From: Podarcis tiliguerta
Lineage: Eukaryota
Strand: one strand, 5' to 3'
Length of the DNA stretch: 64,000 bases
Assembly (NCBI GenBank): GCA_965153285.1
Contig: OZ229114.1
The position numbers were made by a program, and so were the translations under genes. Position 1 is the first letter of the stretch; the number at the start of each line of letters is the position of its first letter. The notes beneath the pieces were generated by a model. That model did not search any database. It had not been told where the DNA came from and worked only from the letters and a program-made list of their open reading frames with translations. This document shows positions 1 through 17,121 of the stretch, one piece after another.

Positions 1-2700
1 TCCAAAAAATTGTGGGAGGAAAGATTAACAGTAGCATTGTAGTTTCCAATGAGTATATGCATGAAAGAGTAGCACAAACACTTCTGAAGACTAGAACTCA
101 AAAATATTTTATCTATAGGTACACCTAAAGTGCAGTTATGACCTCGAGAGACAACTGCAAATACCCGTGGGTATGAAGAGAAAGACCAGTGAAACAATTT
201 TACTAAATTGCATTAACAAGGAAGCACAGATAAGCAAAGGCTACAGTCAAAAGAAACTTTATCTAGCCATCCAGTCTGCAACTTGCAAGGGATAACCAGT
301 CACTGTCCCCAGTCTTAGGTTGCATCATACTTACTCACCCTACCCATCCACTATTGCTGCTATTCCTGAAAAGCTATTTTAGGAGTCAGGTGTCAAAGTT
401 AATTGCTGCACTTCTCTACCTTTTTCATATTTAAGGGCCAACTAATATAAAAGCCTGCAATAGAGAACACAGGCATGCAAACATACCAACAACCACAGTT
501 CTATACTGTTTCACCTAGTTAGGAAAAACTGCAGCACAGTGCTCTATTACCTGTCAGTTCTACCTCAACATTCTATCACCCATCTCTTTCAACCACAAGT
601 GTTAAAGACTTACGAATCCAGCTATCCTAACCATGTAGATTTGATACTAAAGTCCAGTTATCAATTAACCTGACTTTTAAGCTCATGGTGAAGTGTCGCA
701 GCAACAAGAAGATGGCACGTTTATAGTAGGGGTACAATAGTAGAGGCAGGATGGGGAAGGATGAAGGAGCAGCAGCACAAAGTATACAGGGTTAGTTAGG
801 GCGGGCAAACATTCCCTGTGTAATTATTTGCAAAGCTGCTTAAGATGTTTACATAGACTAAGGAGCAAACCAGACATCATGGCAGCAAACCAGTGTCCAA
901 GAAATCTAGTCACTGCTGATTTCCGGGGGGGGGGGGGGGTGTATAGAAGTGCAACAACGGCAGGAGGCAGGATTTTTCAGTTTTTTCACTCACAAGAGTT
1001 GCCCAGCTGTTCTTCTCCAGGTGGGGCTGTGTATAAAATGGAAGGTCCAAAAAAGAAGCAGCTAAAATTTAGATGGTTTCCAAGAATCACTCCAACCTAC
1101 TGTACTTTTCTACCAGAGACTTACCTTTGCAATAAGAAGTCTAAATCAGTGGTTTTCAACCTCCCTCGCCCTAAGAACACTAGAAAAAAGCTGATGGTCT
1201 TGGTGGACAGTTTAATGTTTTTTTCTGCCTGTTGTAGAGAGTGTATGAGATATACTGTATAATTTTTTTTTTGTTTCTTTTAAAAGAAGCAATAAAACTG
1301 CAATTAAAAATCAGTAGGAATATTTAATGGTGGACATACCAGACCACGTGAATGAAGATCACAGACCATTGGTGGTCCATAGTTTGGAAACCCCATGCCT
1401 AGACTCTAAACATCAGCAACTGCCAAATATTATATATCATTTATGCATGCCCTACTCAATGTGGTGGACTGCAGACTGGTGTCGATTTGCAAGCCATCAG
1501 CTACTGGTCCCTGATGACTCTTACCACAGCCCAGTTTGGGTGGGACACTTCAGGGACTGGTCCCTGGCTTATTTGAATGGGGAGGGTTTACAGGTCCACC
1601 ACATCAGATAGCTTGAGAAGCACTGATTTATATAGCCTATAGATGTGGACTGATCTCCAATTTACAAATAAACTACTATCAATTTTAGGAGGTTTAATGT
1701 AATAAATAATTAATTTATCAGCACTCCTGGAAGAGTAAGAAAAAATAATTGCCACTGCATAACCCCAGTGTGCCTTAACATTTTTTTTTATGCTGTATAG
1801 CTATAATGCAAAGAGGTTAAAAGCCTGTTTTAGAAATGGAAGCAAGCTATAGTTGAAGACTTATGGCTTATTAGCTATTGGCAGTGAATTTGGTTTTGCT
1901 ATTCTACCTGATGTCCAGCATTCCTCTTTGCTAACATTTTAGTACAAAGTGATGGAATGGGAGAGCAATGAACAGAGCAGGAGGGGAACATGACATCAGA
2001 AAACATAAACTCATCTTTCAGGAACAACAAGTTCTGACTGACCAGCTTAAATATGCAAGTATTAATCTCCAGGAAGAAATCATATGTGCACACCCTTAGT
2101 CACATGCCCTATTTCTTTCTCCAGCACTTATCAACCCTGCAAAAACCTCTTTGTAAAAGGCCTCAGCCATTGCATACTTTTAAATACCTGGCATTTTAGG
2201 AGAGATCTTACTCCACCTCTCTGCAGTTGACAGCAAGATATAGTTACGTTCTGGCTGGAGGTGTCCCAAGTAAAACATACAAAACCAATACTCTTATGTT
2301 GAAGCTACACAGTACAGCATAGGGCCTGCAGAAAACACAAACTTGTGTCCTATCCACACCTATTTCAGAATAGTTCCCATTGAATTCAATGCTATTTTCT
2401 TCCTAGAATTCTTCAGAAAAAGACACCAAAGGATTTATTATCAGTGTGCACTTAACCTCTGAGAATGCTGATCTAGGAGCAGGCCAAGGAACAGCTTTCC
2501 CCCCTCAAAGGTATCTTGTGAAAGGAGACCAGCCATCTCTGTACAGCCATTAATTTAAAAACCTGCCTCCTTAGTATCTCATGGTTTGATAAAATCAAAA
2601 GCCTAGTTTTCCCCATATTGTTTCTTCTCTAGTAGAATGCAAATTACTAAAGAACTCATCCAGCAGCAGCAAATTTCTAGAAAGCATTGCTCAAATGCCT

Positions 2701-2756
2701 AGGAATGATTCAAAAGAACCAAGTACCAAGGAATGCTTCAAAAGAACCAAGTACCA
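2701..2756. repeat. 28-bp tandem duplication
   Basis: aggaatga/cttcaaaagaaccaagtacca x2, one mismatch. Confidence 0.9.
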
Positions 2757-3046
2757 AGTCATATGAATTAAGCAAAAGGTATGCAGTGCAATGTGACTTA
2801 ATTATGTACGGAAAGCTATTTATAAAAAATAATAAATCATAGGGTATTTCACAATGGGGAGGGGGACCAAGGGAGAGGAAAGGTCACAGATCATGAGTTT
2901 TAATTTGTTTTAGTCTGTTCTATTGTGCTTTTAACTTTTTGTATGTTTTAAATTATGATAATAATTTTTTAGTAATAATGTCATTGTTTTACCTTTTTTG
3001 TAAACTGCTTTGAATTTTTTTTTCAACAATCAAGCAGTGTGTATAT

Positions 3047-3056
3047 ATAGATAGAT

Positions 3057-3092
<36 letters not shown>

Positions 3093-3110
3093 TAGATATA
3101 TAGATATATA
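3047..3110. repeat. (GATA)n / (TA)n microsatellite
   Basis: Visible tandem GATA units. Confidence 0.95.
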
Positions 3111-3344
3111 TGAAATAAATAAATAACTCTTCACCATACTCTTTTTGTCACCTGCTGAAAACACTCTTGGCTGGACAAGCCTACTGAGATACTTAGACAG
3201 GTGAGGTAATTTTTTATTTATTTTAGTATTTTAAATTTTCTATGTATGATTATGAATTTTTCTCAATTTTATTGTTTTATTTTTTGCACCCTGCTTTGAG
3301 GGTGTTTTTTTACCATCAAATGGTATATAAATAACCAAAGAGGA

Positions 3345-4345
3345 AATCAAAGAAATATTGGAGAATGTAAGCATATTCAAGTCAGCAGGTCCTGATGACA
3401 TTCACTCAAGGATCCCATGGGAGTTACGCTGGTCTCTCAGAACCACTAGTAATTATGTGTGTGAACTCATGGAAAATGGCATGGTCCCAAAAGGCTACAG
3501 AGCAAAAGTAAAGTGCATCTTTTTTATTTTAAAAGGAAAGCAGAAAAATTATTCTGGCTTCTGCATTTTAAAATTGGAGCACATACCGAAGCACAGAGAA
3601 GAATATGAGTGACTAGCATTCAATGGTTATAAATTGTACTGACCCAAACGAAGTTGCTTTTTTAAGAAGCCAGACTGGATTAGGTAGAGAATAACCCACT
3701 GATATATCTTAGCTATGCTGAGGCTTCTGATCTCCGTCTTCATGACAACCACACCAGAAAAGTTATTTGGGAGGGTAGCAAACAAACAACAAACTATTGC
3801 AAGAGGGATATAATTTGTTGAAAAACTGCACAAAGAAATAAAATAGATCAATATCAAATTGTAAAGAGATTTCCAGCCGTGCTGGTAGTTCTCTCTTCAA
3901 TTTCTTAATCAACACAGCAGAAGATGACCATACACCATGTTGGATCCAAAATAAAGGGATTGCAAACACTAAAATGTTAGATGTATCTATGAAAAATGTG
4001 AACAGCAATATGATAAAAACAAAAAAGTTGTATATTTAAAACAAAGAACTGTACAGAAACACATACAATACTGTGGGCAGGGGAGACGAGGGAGAAAAAA
4101 TTTAACTGGGTGAACAGCTGCACTTCTAAAAACTTCAGCTTATAGGGAATAAACTGAATGAGTCAATGTGATGCAGTGGAACAAAATAGCAATGCCATTA
4201 TAGACCACATTAAGAGCAATACTGTCTTTAAAATACAAATGAATAACCATAGCATTCTATTCAGCACTGATGAAGATCTCATTTGTGTTCAATTCTGGGC
4301 AACAGAAGTCAACAACAATGTAGATAAACTGCAAAAGATTGATAA
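3345..4345 (+). mobile_element. Old, fragmented CR1 LINE ORF2 remnant
   Basis: FKSAGPDDIHSR resembles CR1 KSPGPDGIHPR. MSQCDAV...NAI...CVQFWA...DKL resembles the CR1 C-terminal MSQQCDAAAKKANAILGCI...YCVQFWAP...DKLE. Confidence 0.8.
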
Positions 4346-6690
4346 TATAATAAGAACAGCTTTGCTGGATGAGAACAAAGATCAATCTAGTTTAGCATCC
4401 TGCTTCTAACACTGCCTAGTCAGATACATCCAGAAAGCATACTACCAGGTCATGCAGGTAACAGCCATCCCCTACTGTTCATCATCCCCCAGCAACTAGT
4501 CTTTATTAGTTTACTCTGATGGCAATATTTTCCAAGTAAAGAGATAAAGGCAAGTAGGAGAGTGTGGGCCCTCCTACATTATATTCAAATTTAAAATGAC
4601 AGCACTAGTTAGGAACCACCACTTTCTAACTGAACTAATACATCTTATGGCAGACTTACTTGGCACTAAACCTCCCTGAGTTCATTGATATTTATACCCA
4701 AGTGTGCATGTATAGATTTCAATCTAAATTCTTAAAAACCTTAAAGATCAAATTCCAGAACATTAGTGCATGCATGTAAACACCAACTTCTGGGAGGAAA
4801 AAGTTCTGGGCATTACTTGTTTTGAAAATCACTCAGTTGGAAAGTTCTATGCATACATCATGTGAATAAGACATAATAAAACACCCTTGTATGTGTTTTT
4901 ATTCTACTGTCGCCCTATCAATGTAAGGATTTTAAATTTGCTAGAGACTAAGGACTCATTTTCATTTAGTTGGGGAACACACAAATGGCCTGTTAAAACA
5001 AACAGCAAAATAGTAATGGATTCTTACTGCAAAAATGGCATTTCTCTGAATTTTCAATCAAGTCTTCTTAAAGCTACTGAACTGTATATTTACCAAAGCA
5101 GCAGTATGATGTTATTAACCACTGATAACTCATATATATGTGCATAACACACACATGCAAAAAGAAAAAAAATGCCTGCCAGGAAAAATACACTTTTTAA
5201 GCCAAACCAGAACTATTTTATAACTCATTATTCCTTTTGCATATTTTTTTCAGAGTCATCACTACTTTCCCTAAAAATATGCACTACCACAAGGAAACTT
5301 TTCTGCATTAAAATATTACTGTATTCTATCATTATTGTTCTTGAGATAGGTACAGAAGCATTTTTTTAATCCAAAAAAATACAATCCACTGAGGATGTCA
5401 AATATATGGTCTTAAACTATAACACTGCTCTTTTCCCAATGAACATCTGGCGCAACTTTCAGAACATTTATGACCCGACTTAATTTATTTCATAGCAGAA
5501 AAAACATTTCATGCATATTCTGCATCTACCCATCAAAAAAGCCTGTCCAGGGAGCAGGGCCCCCCATAATGGTTTTTCTATGGCAGAAGAATAAAATTCC
5601 CATTTTACGTGAAACTTGTTATATTGGGTCATATGAACATTACCAAATTCATAAAAATCCAGGAGGATTAGAAGCATAAAAAATGAGTAACAGCTTTCAC
5701 ATACCAATATATGGCATGGGATGACTGTATTCATTGCACCAAAGAAATCAATTTATTTATTTTACTTACTTATTCATTCCATAAAAATTTATACACGTAT
5801 GATTATAAAAAATCTCAAAGCGCTTTACAGAAAACAAAACTGTAAAATCAAGAAAAAAATTACAACCCTACATTAAAACCTACAAACGTTAAAGTAATAA
5901 AACAGATTAAAATTATCTCAACTTTCTAAGCATTTTAGTAGCCTTGTCTAAACAGGAATGATATTAGCAGGTGCCAAAGAGTATGGTGAAGGTGCCTGCT
6001 TTATCTCAATAGGCAGGGAGTTCCAAAGTGCAGCTGCTGACAAACTAAACAATTTTGTTCAAATAGCACTGAAACTACCGTACCTTTTTAAAGTATTTAA
6101 CCCCACTGCTTTTTAGGTATTAGTAACAATATACAACAAAAAATGTGAGCAAAGGACCCATACACTGCAGGAATACCAAGGGACACAATGCTTCTGTAAG
6201 CTATGTTAGCTTAGAGTTAGAAGACTACATGACATTCTTCTGCAAGAACCGCGTTAGTGGGGGCCAAGTCACATAATATTAAGAGAAACTGTGCTTAATT
6301 TGCACTGACCAGTGTTGCTAAGCACAAAGCCCATAGGAAAGGCATTCAGCAGTTTTCAGGAACTAGTGGGAAATGCAGATAAATATCAGATTTACAATAG
6401 AATTATTTCTGGTTTCTTTGCTGCCAAGAGTAAATGCACATTGTACATAGTGTCGAACTTTATGAAAACGACGCATCCTTTCTGAGAGGAAGTGTACAGA
6501 TTAGAAACATTATTTAGCCTTGTTTGCCCAACCACTGGAGAAATGGGAAGGTTCTGCTATTCAGAACTCTTCTTCCCCACCCCATTTTCTTTGGCACCAC
6601 AAAACTAATGCCTTTACCAGTGTACCCCTTCTGGATGAAACTTCATCTACAGAACCAATATTGTTCATTTACATCATATATTTGCGTAAT

Positions 6691-6702
6691 ACACACACAC
6701 AC

Positions 6703-6747
<45 letters not shown>
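6691..6747. repeat. (CA)n(GA)n compound microsatellite
   Basis: Direct observation. Confidence 0.95.
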
Positions 6748-6751
<4 letters not shown>

Positions 6752-9700
6752 ATTTTAAGTTAGATACATCTTACAAATGGAGCAGCTAAAAATCTACAAT
6801 CTGAAGCATTTTGTTTTAAGACATATATGTATGCGTCTATCTCTGTGAGCACAAACAAACACAGAATGAATCCAGTTCTCAAAGTGAATATCCTTACATA
6901 GCAAAAACAGGATCATACAAACTCCAGAGAGATGCATCAACAGGCATGGGGGGGAACCAAGTTATGTAGAAGTAAAAGCAAATTAGGAAATCCCTAAGGT
7001 GGGGGTACTCAAAAATCAGGACAACGACTGAGCATGCTCAGCAGCTATAGAGTGCAGAGACTGATTGTTGCGGGGGGGGGGGGGGGTTACAAATCCTAGC
7101 GGTAGGCTAGAAAGAGCATGGTGCTTGGCTGACACCCTGAATGGGAGCACTCCATGCTGCAATCTTGTGTCTTCTATTTTAAGTGCCTGTCATAAGAAAG
7201 TGCAAGTGCATACATGGAAATAAGCATCAAAAGTGGAAAGGTCTTCCAAACACTGCTTCCATTCAAACCCTGCCTTTCATTCTGGAACAGATTGTATAGC
7301 ACCCTATCTGTCAGAAAAGACATACTACAATCACAAAAGTCATTGTGGTATAGTTAGTGGCAAGGATATTTGACTTACAGGAGAGAAGACATAGCTTCAG
7401 ATCTCTTACTCAAAAAAGTCACTAGGTGACCTTGGGGAAGTCTTTCTCTCAGCCTAATCTATCTCAGATTATATACTACTCTATACTGCTAAAGTATAGC
7501 CAAGTATTGACAGAAACATGCATTCAATTTAGCCAGTCCAATAAAAAGGCAGGTTATTTCTGGATCCGTTTTACACAGGAATTACATTTTAGGCTGGTCC
7601 AACCTAAATCCACAATACCAACACTTATAGGTTGATTTACATTCATCATTGGCCTTAATATTTTGAATTCTTTAAGCAAGATAAAATTGTCATACTAAGA
7701 ATAATATTTCATGATCTTCACAAATACAAAAGTTAAACAATCTTATTGAAGTTAAACAAAATCCTATTGAATCAGCTGGCCAACTATAGCCAAAAAGCAG
7801 TTCATAGCTGCACAGCAGCAGTGTTGCCATTTTGATTTTGCCTTTTGTGGTAGGATGCAACCAGCTAAACCCTTACCATTCATGATGCAGAGGGAAGCTA
7901 AACTCCCAAGACAAAAAGCAGGATCTGTCTCTAAAGGCTAAAAAAACATGAGAATCAACCACTCAACCACTCAAAATGCACCTATCAAGACTGCATGACC
8001 AACAGTCAGTTCAAATGGAAAGCTTTGCTACTGGAGGGGGGGAGTAACTACCTGTTGAACCTACGCTGAAAAAACAGAGACAAAATCAAGGGAGTTCCAT
8101 CTCTCTGGAAAACTACAGTAAGCCACTGAGCATTCCCAGAGGCAGAAAGAAGTCCAGATAGAGAAACAGTCTCCCAGAAGCCTGCATTATATTCACTAAA
8201 TTAAAAAAGTATGGAAAAGATGATGTGTTTGTGTTATATAATCCAACTGACAAGGTACACTCCATTGCAGATTACCATCTACTTTGTGTGGTACTTGGCT
8301 CACCTCAAAGCAGGTAAAACATTATTTGAGACCCAAGACAGCAAATGAAAATGTGCAGTTAACACCCTGAATTTCTACGAATTTTCCATCTTTGAAACAC
8401 TTGTGTTAACAAGGGACACTACTGACAGAGTAAGCCATTCTACTTTCTGCACACCATAATCTGGACATTTGCAAACTAAAATGTTTATTTTATTCCTAAG
8501 CTCTTAGGAATATAGGTATAGGGAAATCCTGGGGTAGACTCACCTTTAAAGCACTTCTATGCAATATCTGAAAACCATGATATTTATAGGTATCCATTAT
8601 ATGCATCATTACTATGAAATAGTGGTTTTGTGTCAGAATTAGTGAAAATAAACTGTAGATGCCAAAAAATTATTTTCAGTGGGACATGGGAAGTGTACTC
8701 CTTACCCACCAGGAAGGACAGAAAGTGCTGTTTTCCATGCTACTTGACAGATGCTGAAGATGCTTATGAGTGCACAGATTGACTTGTAAATTACAGATAT
8801 TAAATGTGTAATTTGTAACACAGTTCAGAATCTAAAGAGATTTAAAATATTGCTGTAAAAATGCATTGTTTCTCCTACGTCTTAAGATAAAGCCTCTGAT
8901 TAATCTATCCTCAATATGGGAGGAGATACTTTAAAAAGCAGTTTGAAGTAAGTTTATAAAGACGGATGCACAAGCATCAGAATATAGCACATTTTGCATT
9001 CATAAAGGCCCAAAGTTCAAAACCTAGAACTCCAATTAAAAGGTGCATTCAACAGTAAGGCTGAGAAACACCTTCCTGAGGTCATGGGGTGCCACTGCCA
9101 GTCCAAACAAGCAATATTAATCTAGGCAGAGCAATGGCCAACTTATACACACTCACAAAGTCACAATCAGGAAAAAATTCAATGCCATTTTCAGTACAAA
9201 TTAATGTATAGGTTACTCACCATTTCAAAATTTCTACTAAAACACAGATCATATAGGTACTGCTTGTACTACAACTATTACTGACGAAAAGAGGACCAAA
9301 AGTTGAGACTTAAACTGTGTACACAGTAACACTTGTTAATTGTTAACTTCATGTTTAACTTGTATAACTTTACAAATCTGCACATTCTATATACAACTTT
9401 CTAAAACACAAGTTAAGTAATTCCAGCTGAAGGGGATGCCATTCCACATCACTTGAAAGAACCGAGGAAAACTCAAAGGAACTACAACAAGAATCAATCA
9501 GGTATTTAAATTTACCACTATGTACCAAAACTATATGATCTCACACGTACACACAATAAGAGAATCTCTTAACTATCTATTTTAATGACTTTCAAATTGG
9601 CAAAGTAGAGTAATTACACCTTTTGCAAATAAAATGTAAATCTTAAGGAAATTAAGGTAAACTACCTCTTTCAGGATCAAATATCCACTCTTATTCACAT

Positions 9701-12700
9701 ACTATGACTTACATTGTAATCATATACAGAGTAACAGCTAATTTTTAAAAAGCATGCAATCTTTCAGATTAGAAATTCTACCTATATTAGGCTGCAGTCC
9801 TAAACACATGGACATGTAAACTGCATTGAACACAGAAGATCTTACTTCCATGAAAATATCCACAATTACTCCGTTTATCGGGTATTTGAAGTGTACAGCA
9901 ATTTAGATTTTGATAACAATGCTCCTCCTAAAAAGAGAGGATGAAAAGACAGATATACTACAGAGACAGAATTTAAAATATACGAAGTTATGTCTGAGAA
10001 ATCAAGACGTCCCGTTCTGTTTTCATTAAAGTTAGGTAACTAAATTTACAAAATCCAAACTACAGCACTGCCTTAATCATATCTACTATGAAGTAAGCTC
10101 CATTTAATTCAATGAGACTTATTCACAGGTACGTGAGTTTAGGACTGAAGTCTCCCAAGCCCACTTACCTGGGAGTAAGCCCCATTACATTAGTTATTAC
10201 ATTCCACTGAAAGCAATGGAAGAGGATTTACAATACGTAATTCTAAGCATGTATACTCAAAAGTAAAGTCTCCCCAAGTTTAAACAAGCTCAACCAAGTA
10301 TGAACAGGATTGCAATTAGCTGCAACTAACTTCTGTTTGATCATGTACACTGTCTTTCATATTAGCGAACAGGACATATAATTACTTGTCTCATCAAGTT
10401 AAGTAGGAAGTACAATTTTCTACAAATGGAAGACGTGAAATATTTCCAGGCTACATCCGAGGAAGAAATACCCATGCCACAGCACAACTACAATCCTTAG
10501 GTAATTGATTCCAGAGGAGGAATTCTGAAATAGGTATTTTCATTTATTGCTTTTTGTATATATGACTAAGAAATTCCTTGTGCAATATTTCTATGCTTAC
10601 CAATAGGTTATTTCTATATATGATTTGATTTAATTTAAAATCTATTGGCTTAACAAATGGTTTGGATTATTTTTGTTTGTCTAACAGCACAGCCATAGGT
10701 ATGTTTTCTCAGAAATAACCCCATCTAAGTTCAATGGGACATGCAACATAACACTATACATATTTCCTTGGAAGCAATCTGTGTTCAGCGAAGCTTATTC
10801 CCAGGGATAAGTTTGCAACCTCAAGCTCTAATATTGCAGCCTAAGACAGTGGTGGGCAGACCTCAGGTTTGCAGAATCTACTTATTTTTTACCTTAACTC
10901 CAAGACCCAACAACTAGAGCCAGGTACAAAAGACATTCACTTAGAATTAAAGAAAAGGATGTCTCTGAGCAGCTACTGATCAAAAGAACAAAAAATGAGT
11001 TCAGTTACTTCCTACAAAAATATATTCTTGGTTACCCAAAGGTTTGCTTATGTCAGCAACTTATTTGGGGAGGGGGGCACTTTGTTGTTCTTATTGTTAA
11101 ACAATTTGAGACTCAGATCTTTGGATTATTGCAGTAGATCAAGAATATCTATCAGTAGATTCTGATCTAACTTCTGCCTGTGTCTGGCCTAAGAGATTCA
11201 TTTTAACCTTGTGATGTGTGAAGAGATTTCAACTTATTAAATGTCTGGAGGATTCTCCAATACACTGGTGACACTTTACTGTTCCAATATCAAATATTTA
11301 ACCTTTGGATTCTCCGTGCTACAACTTCACACACACTGTCCAACTGTGAGTTAAAAGAGCTGTCTTTCAATTATGTATTGGAATAAGAACTAACTAGTTT
11401 TCATTTTTAAATATTTTTAATGCTGTTAGCAGAAACACCAGTGGCAAGATAATTTGAATTTTCTTGCTCTATGATCAAAAATCTTACCATGTAAAAGCAG
11501 CTCTATTATTCATATATTTAAAATGATCAGTGATATAATTAAGTTATCACTTTCATGCAGTGTGAATTGCTTGCTACAATATCAGCAGCACAAATATACT
11601 ATACATATTTACCTGGCAGTAAGCCCACTGAACATAGCCGTACTTCTGAGGAAACATACACAAGTACTGCAAATGTGGTAAACTAATTGAAAGATGGAAT
11701 GTAATTTGAGCTAATAAAAAAAAAATAAGTTTTGTTCCTTAAACAAGTATTTTATTATAAGAATATGTATCTTTCACCAATTAAGAATACCTAACATTCA
11801 AAAGATTAGAAAGACCACCAAAGGGTTAAGCAGATGAAACAAACCGTTTGGTAAGCAGTTCTGAACACTTGAGATTCCAATTAGAGAAATCTAGAGTAAG
11901 ACCACAGAGCTTCTCAATACAAAATCTTTACAAATTTAACAGCCTCCCACCCCATAAAACCACCTATCTCATCAGTATTCCTTCTGAAGATATATTAGCC
12001 TAATGCTGGTATACTGTACTGAAAAAGTGTTCCCACTTTCATTGTTTCTCAAATTTACTAGGCTACAATTTAACACAGAATCACTTCCCTATAACATGCT
12101 GTTTCTATTGGGGGAGGTGAAAGAATTCACAATGTTAAACAATGTAGGCATTTGAAGATGCAACATAAACTATTGGATGAAAGTTTTGTTAAGAACCAAC
12201 TTCCCAGTTCTAACTGCTTTGGGGTCATATTATCAATGCAGTATTTTAGGACTGTTACAGAAAATTGTCTTCTCATCCCTATGTATTTAAAGTGATGCTG
12301 CCATCAACCATGGGTACATCAACCACACCAACACTTTAACAGAAAATAGTTACTGCAGTAATAGTCTGAATCTTAGTAGGTACTTTTAAGTAGGACGTAA
12401 CACCCCACATTAAATGCATGTTAGATAATGCCACGCAATAATTTTATTCCAAATGACCACTAATACTCTTTGCAATCATACTTTAAAACATTAATCTATG
12501 TGGCATTATCATTTAGGCGTCTTATTTTACTAGCTATGATAAAACACAAAAATTGCAACTTATGAACAACCCTCTATCTACTCATTCTACAAGCAAGAAA
12601 AGGAACAACACTAAGTACTGTAAATTGACTTAGTGTGCATTTTATATACTCCAAAAAGGAGCATTTTCCAGAAGACAAAAGGCATTACAAACTAACCAAC

Positions 12701-13169
12701 CAGATCTTTGTCACTGTAACTGGTAAAGTCTTAAACAGACGAAGCTGCAATCCTAGACTGCACTACACCATGTATCGCAATATACAAAAAACACTGAAAG
12801 AAACATGCTAGATAATCGCTGCATAATTCTGATGCAACAGCTGTATGTGCACTACTGCTTTCCACTTGAATTTCATCTCTGCCTTTTAGTGCCAGGCCTA
12901 GGCCTGAGCCTGCCAGATTCTAGCTGCTGCAAATCAGCGAGGGGGGGAGGGGAGGCGAGGCGAGGGGGGAATCACAGCAGCTTTTTTGAAAGAAAGTATT
13001 ACCTAATGGGGAGAGAGAAAGCGATGAGGGACAGGGGGACACAGGTCTCCCTTTGACTGAGGGTGGGGGTGGGGAGTACAGGGAGGGTGGGGGCAATTTA
13101 AGACATATGGGTTCCACCTCCCTTAAGGAAGAAGAAAAAATGAAAAGCGTCCCCGGCCCAGCCATGCTA

Positions 13170-15060
<1,891 letters not shown>

Positions 15061-17121
15061 GTTTTTTGTACTTTAGTAACAGGGACTGGAGATATTAGAT
15101 GTTGGCCGTTGCAAATCTTGTCGCTGAAGTCCGGGCCGTTTGCAAATATGGTAGCCAAAGTGACTGGGGGGGGGGGGTAGCCTGACCTCGCCTGCTCTTG
15201 CGCTTTTTGCAGTAGTTTGGTTTTTGTAGAAATCAGCAGGTGCAAGTTTGCAACGGTTTTCGCCTGATAACGTCTGCAGCTATGTGCGTGTGTGTGCTTT
15301 AATGTTGGTAAAATTAACAGATTGGGCCTTGGAAATCTGGTTCCTTCAGCAGCATTATTCGATAGAAAGCGGTGGGCGAAATGGGTGGCTGCGTCGTCCT
15401 TTCAGCCGGGGCGTATTATGTGCAAAGCTGAGCATTGGATCCTCCTGCGTGGTGCTGGATCTTTAAAAAATAAAGTGTTCTTTCTCAGTCCTGTAGACAC
15501 CTGTAAACTTTTAACAGGGAAGGGTTGCCTTTCGTGGCTTTGCGTGCCTAGTTGCTGATGTCACTCGGCGCTCAAAAAACTGACAGTAAAGTCGCCCTGG
15601 TCACAAGTGGCTGCAGGAAAAGAGGAGACAGGCCAGGCCAGTCGGGGCGATCGTGCAAGAGCAAGTAGTGATCAAAAGCAGCGGGGCGAATACAGGGAAG
15701 TGCCAAGAGCAGCCCTGAACGCGGTGGCCCCCAGGTGGCTGCAACGCAGCGCGAACTATCAGCAGCCACCCTTAGCTCCATGGCTTCCGTCTGAGCTTGG
15801 TCTTTAACAGCGAAGCATGGCAAGAAACGGATGCAGCGGTCGCCAGGGCTGCTGCGCCACCTATTGCCTTGGAAGAGGAAACCGCAGTTGCAATGAGCGC
15901 ACACAACGCCCGCCCTCACCCCGCCGCTGTCCTGCTCCTCAAAATTCCCAGGGCCACCGGCCCAGTCGGCCCCACCCACCTCTTGTTAGGGCACCCAAGC
16001 TATGCTTCAGTGCTTGCACGAAGGGGTGGGGAAATACGCAAAGCCAAACAACAGCGAAAAGCAAAACTGATCACACACCTCTGCTTTCCCAACCTTTAAA
16101 AATGTTCTTCATTATGTGGACTAGAGAAGGCGTTAAAATATTTATCAGTTCCTTAGGATTCCATGGTATTATGAGGAATTTTATCTTGCACATGCTGCAG
16201 ATTGAGGGTTGCCAAGCGATAATTTTTAGCAAACTAGATCTTGTGTCTTTTACAGCACTGTACAGTACTTTGCTTTGCATCAGTTTACAGTCTCTCCCCC
16301 CCCCCCCTCAGGCTGATGAACATTTTTCAGCTGATGGTCCTTCACCATCTCCCTTTGTGAGGACAGATGGGGAGAATTCATTAGCTTTTCTGCAACGTTC
16401 CTGTCTTAAGTGGTTGTCTCATGCCTTGGTGCTCTGGTGGCCTGGCTAGTTCTTTGGTAATTTTCCTGCCTTTAGTGAATTTTAATGTATCTTTCTATCA
16501 TGAGAAAGTATGAGCACTTGGATTTTACTCGTTTTAGTTATTCTGTTATAACCTGTGGCTGTGAACCATTAATATGCACACTTTAGTTTTCCTACTTCCC
16601 TTCCAGGAACTCCCTCATCAAAAATCCCCAAAAAGCTTTTAAACTAACTTGAATTTTAAAAAGGCTAAGGTGCTTCTAAAAGGGTTCACAGAACACTCTA
16701 GAGAACATGCACTATTTTTAAACCCTGATTACTATCCTACCATTTTTATTACTAAACTCACATCAGAGTGTAATGAAGATTGTAATTTCTCCCCTTTCTT
16801 CAAAAGATGTAGAAATGTATTTTATTCATTTATAATAATGGTTGCAACTTCCTACCAGCTAATAGTTTGCTTATGGAATCCACTCCACTTGGGGCTCCGA
16901 TAAAAGGGGGAGAGCACAGTGGTTTCCTAAATAAAACAAGTGGAATTGCATCTATTTCCTTATTTTGCACATTAGTAGCTATCTCATTGTAACTACTTTC
17001 ACAGACTTATTTCACTTTAGAATGAAGGAGAAACCTTTAGGACAGTAGGTATTTAAGTTGATGCTACACCATTTATGAATGCCATGCCATGCCATGAGAC
17101 TGCTTTGTATGACAACAATAT

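Noticed and set aside
828-1611. ORFs of 94-144 aa in PTEN intron 1
   Set aside because: No motifs; they span homopolymer runs and decayed repeats.
15572-16449. Overlapping ORFs of 100-210 aa upstream of PTEN
   Set aside because: ORFs occur in several frames over a GC-rich patch, with no motifs or coherent splice structure.
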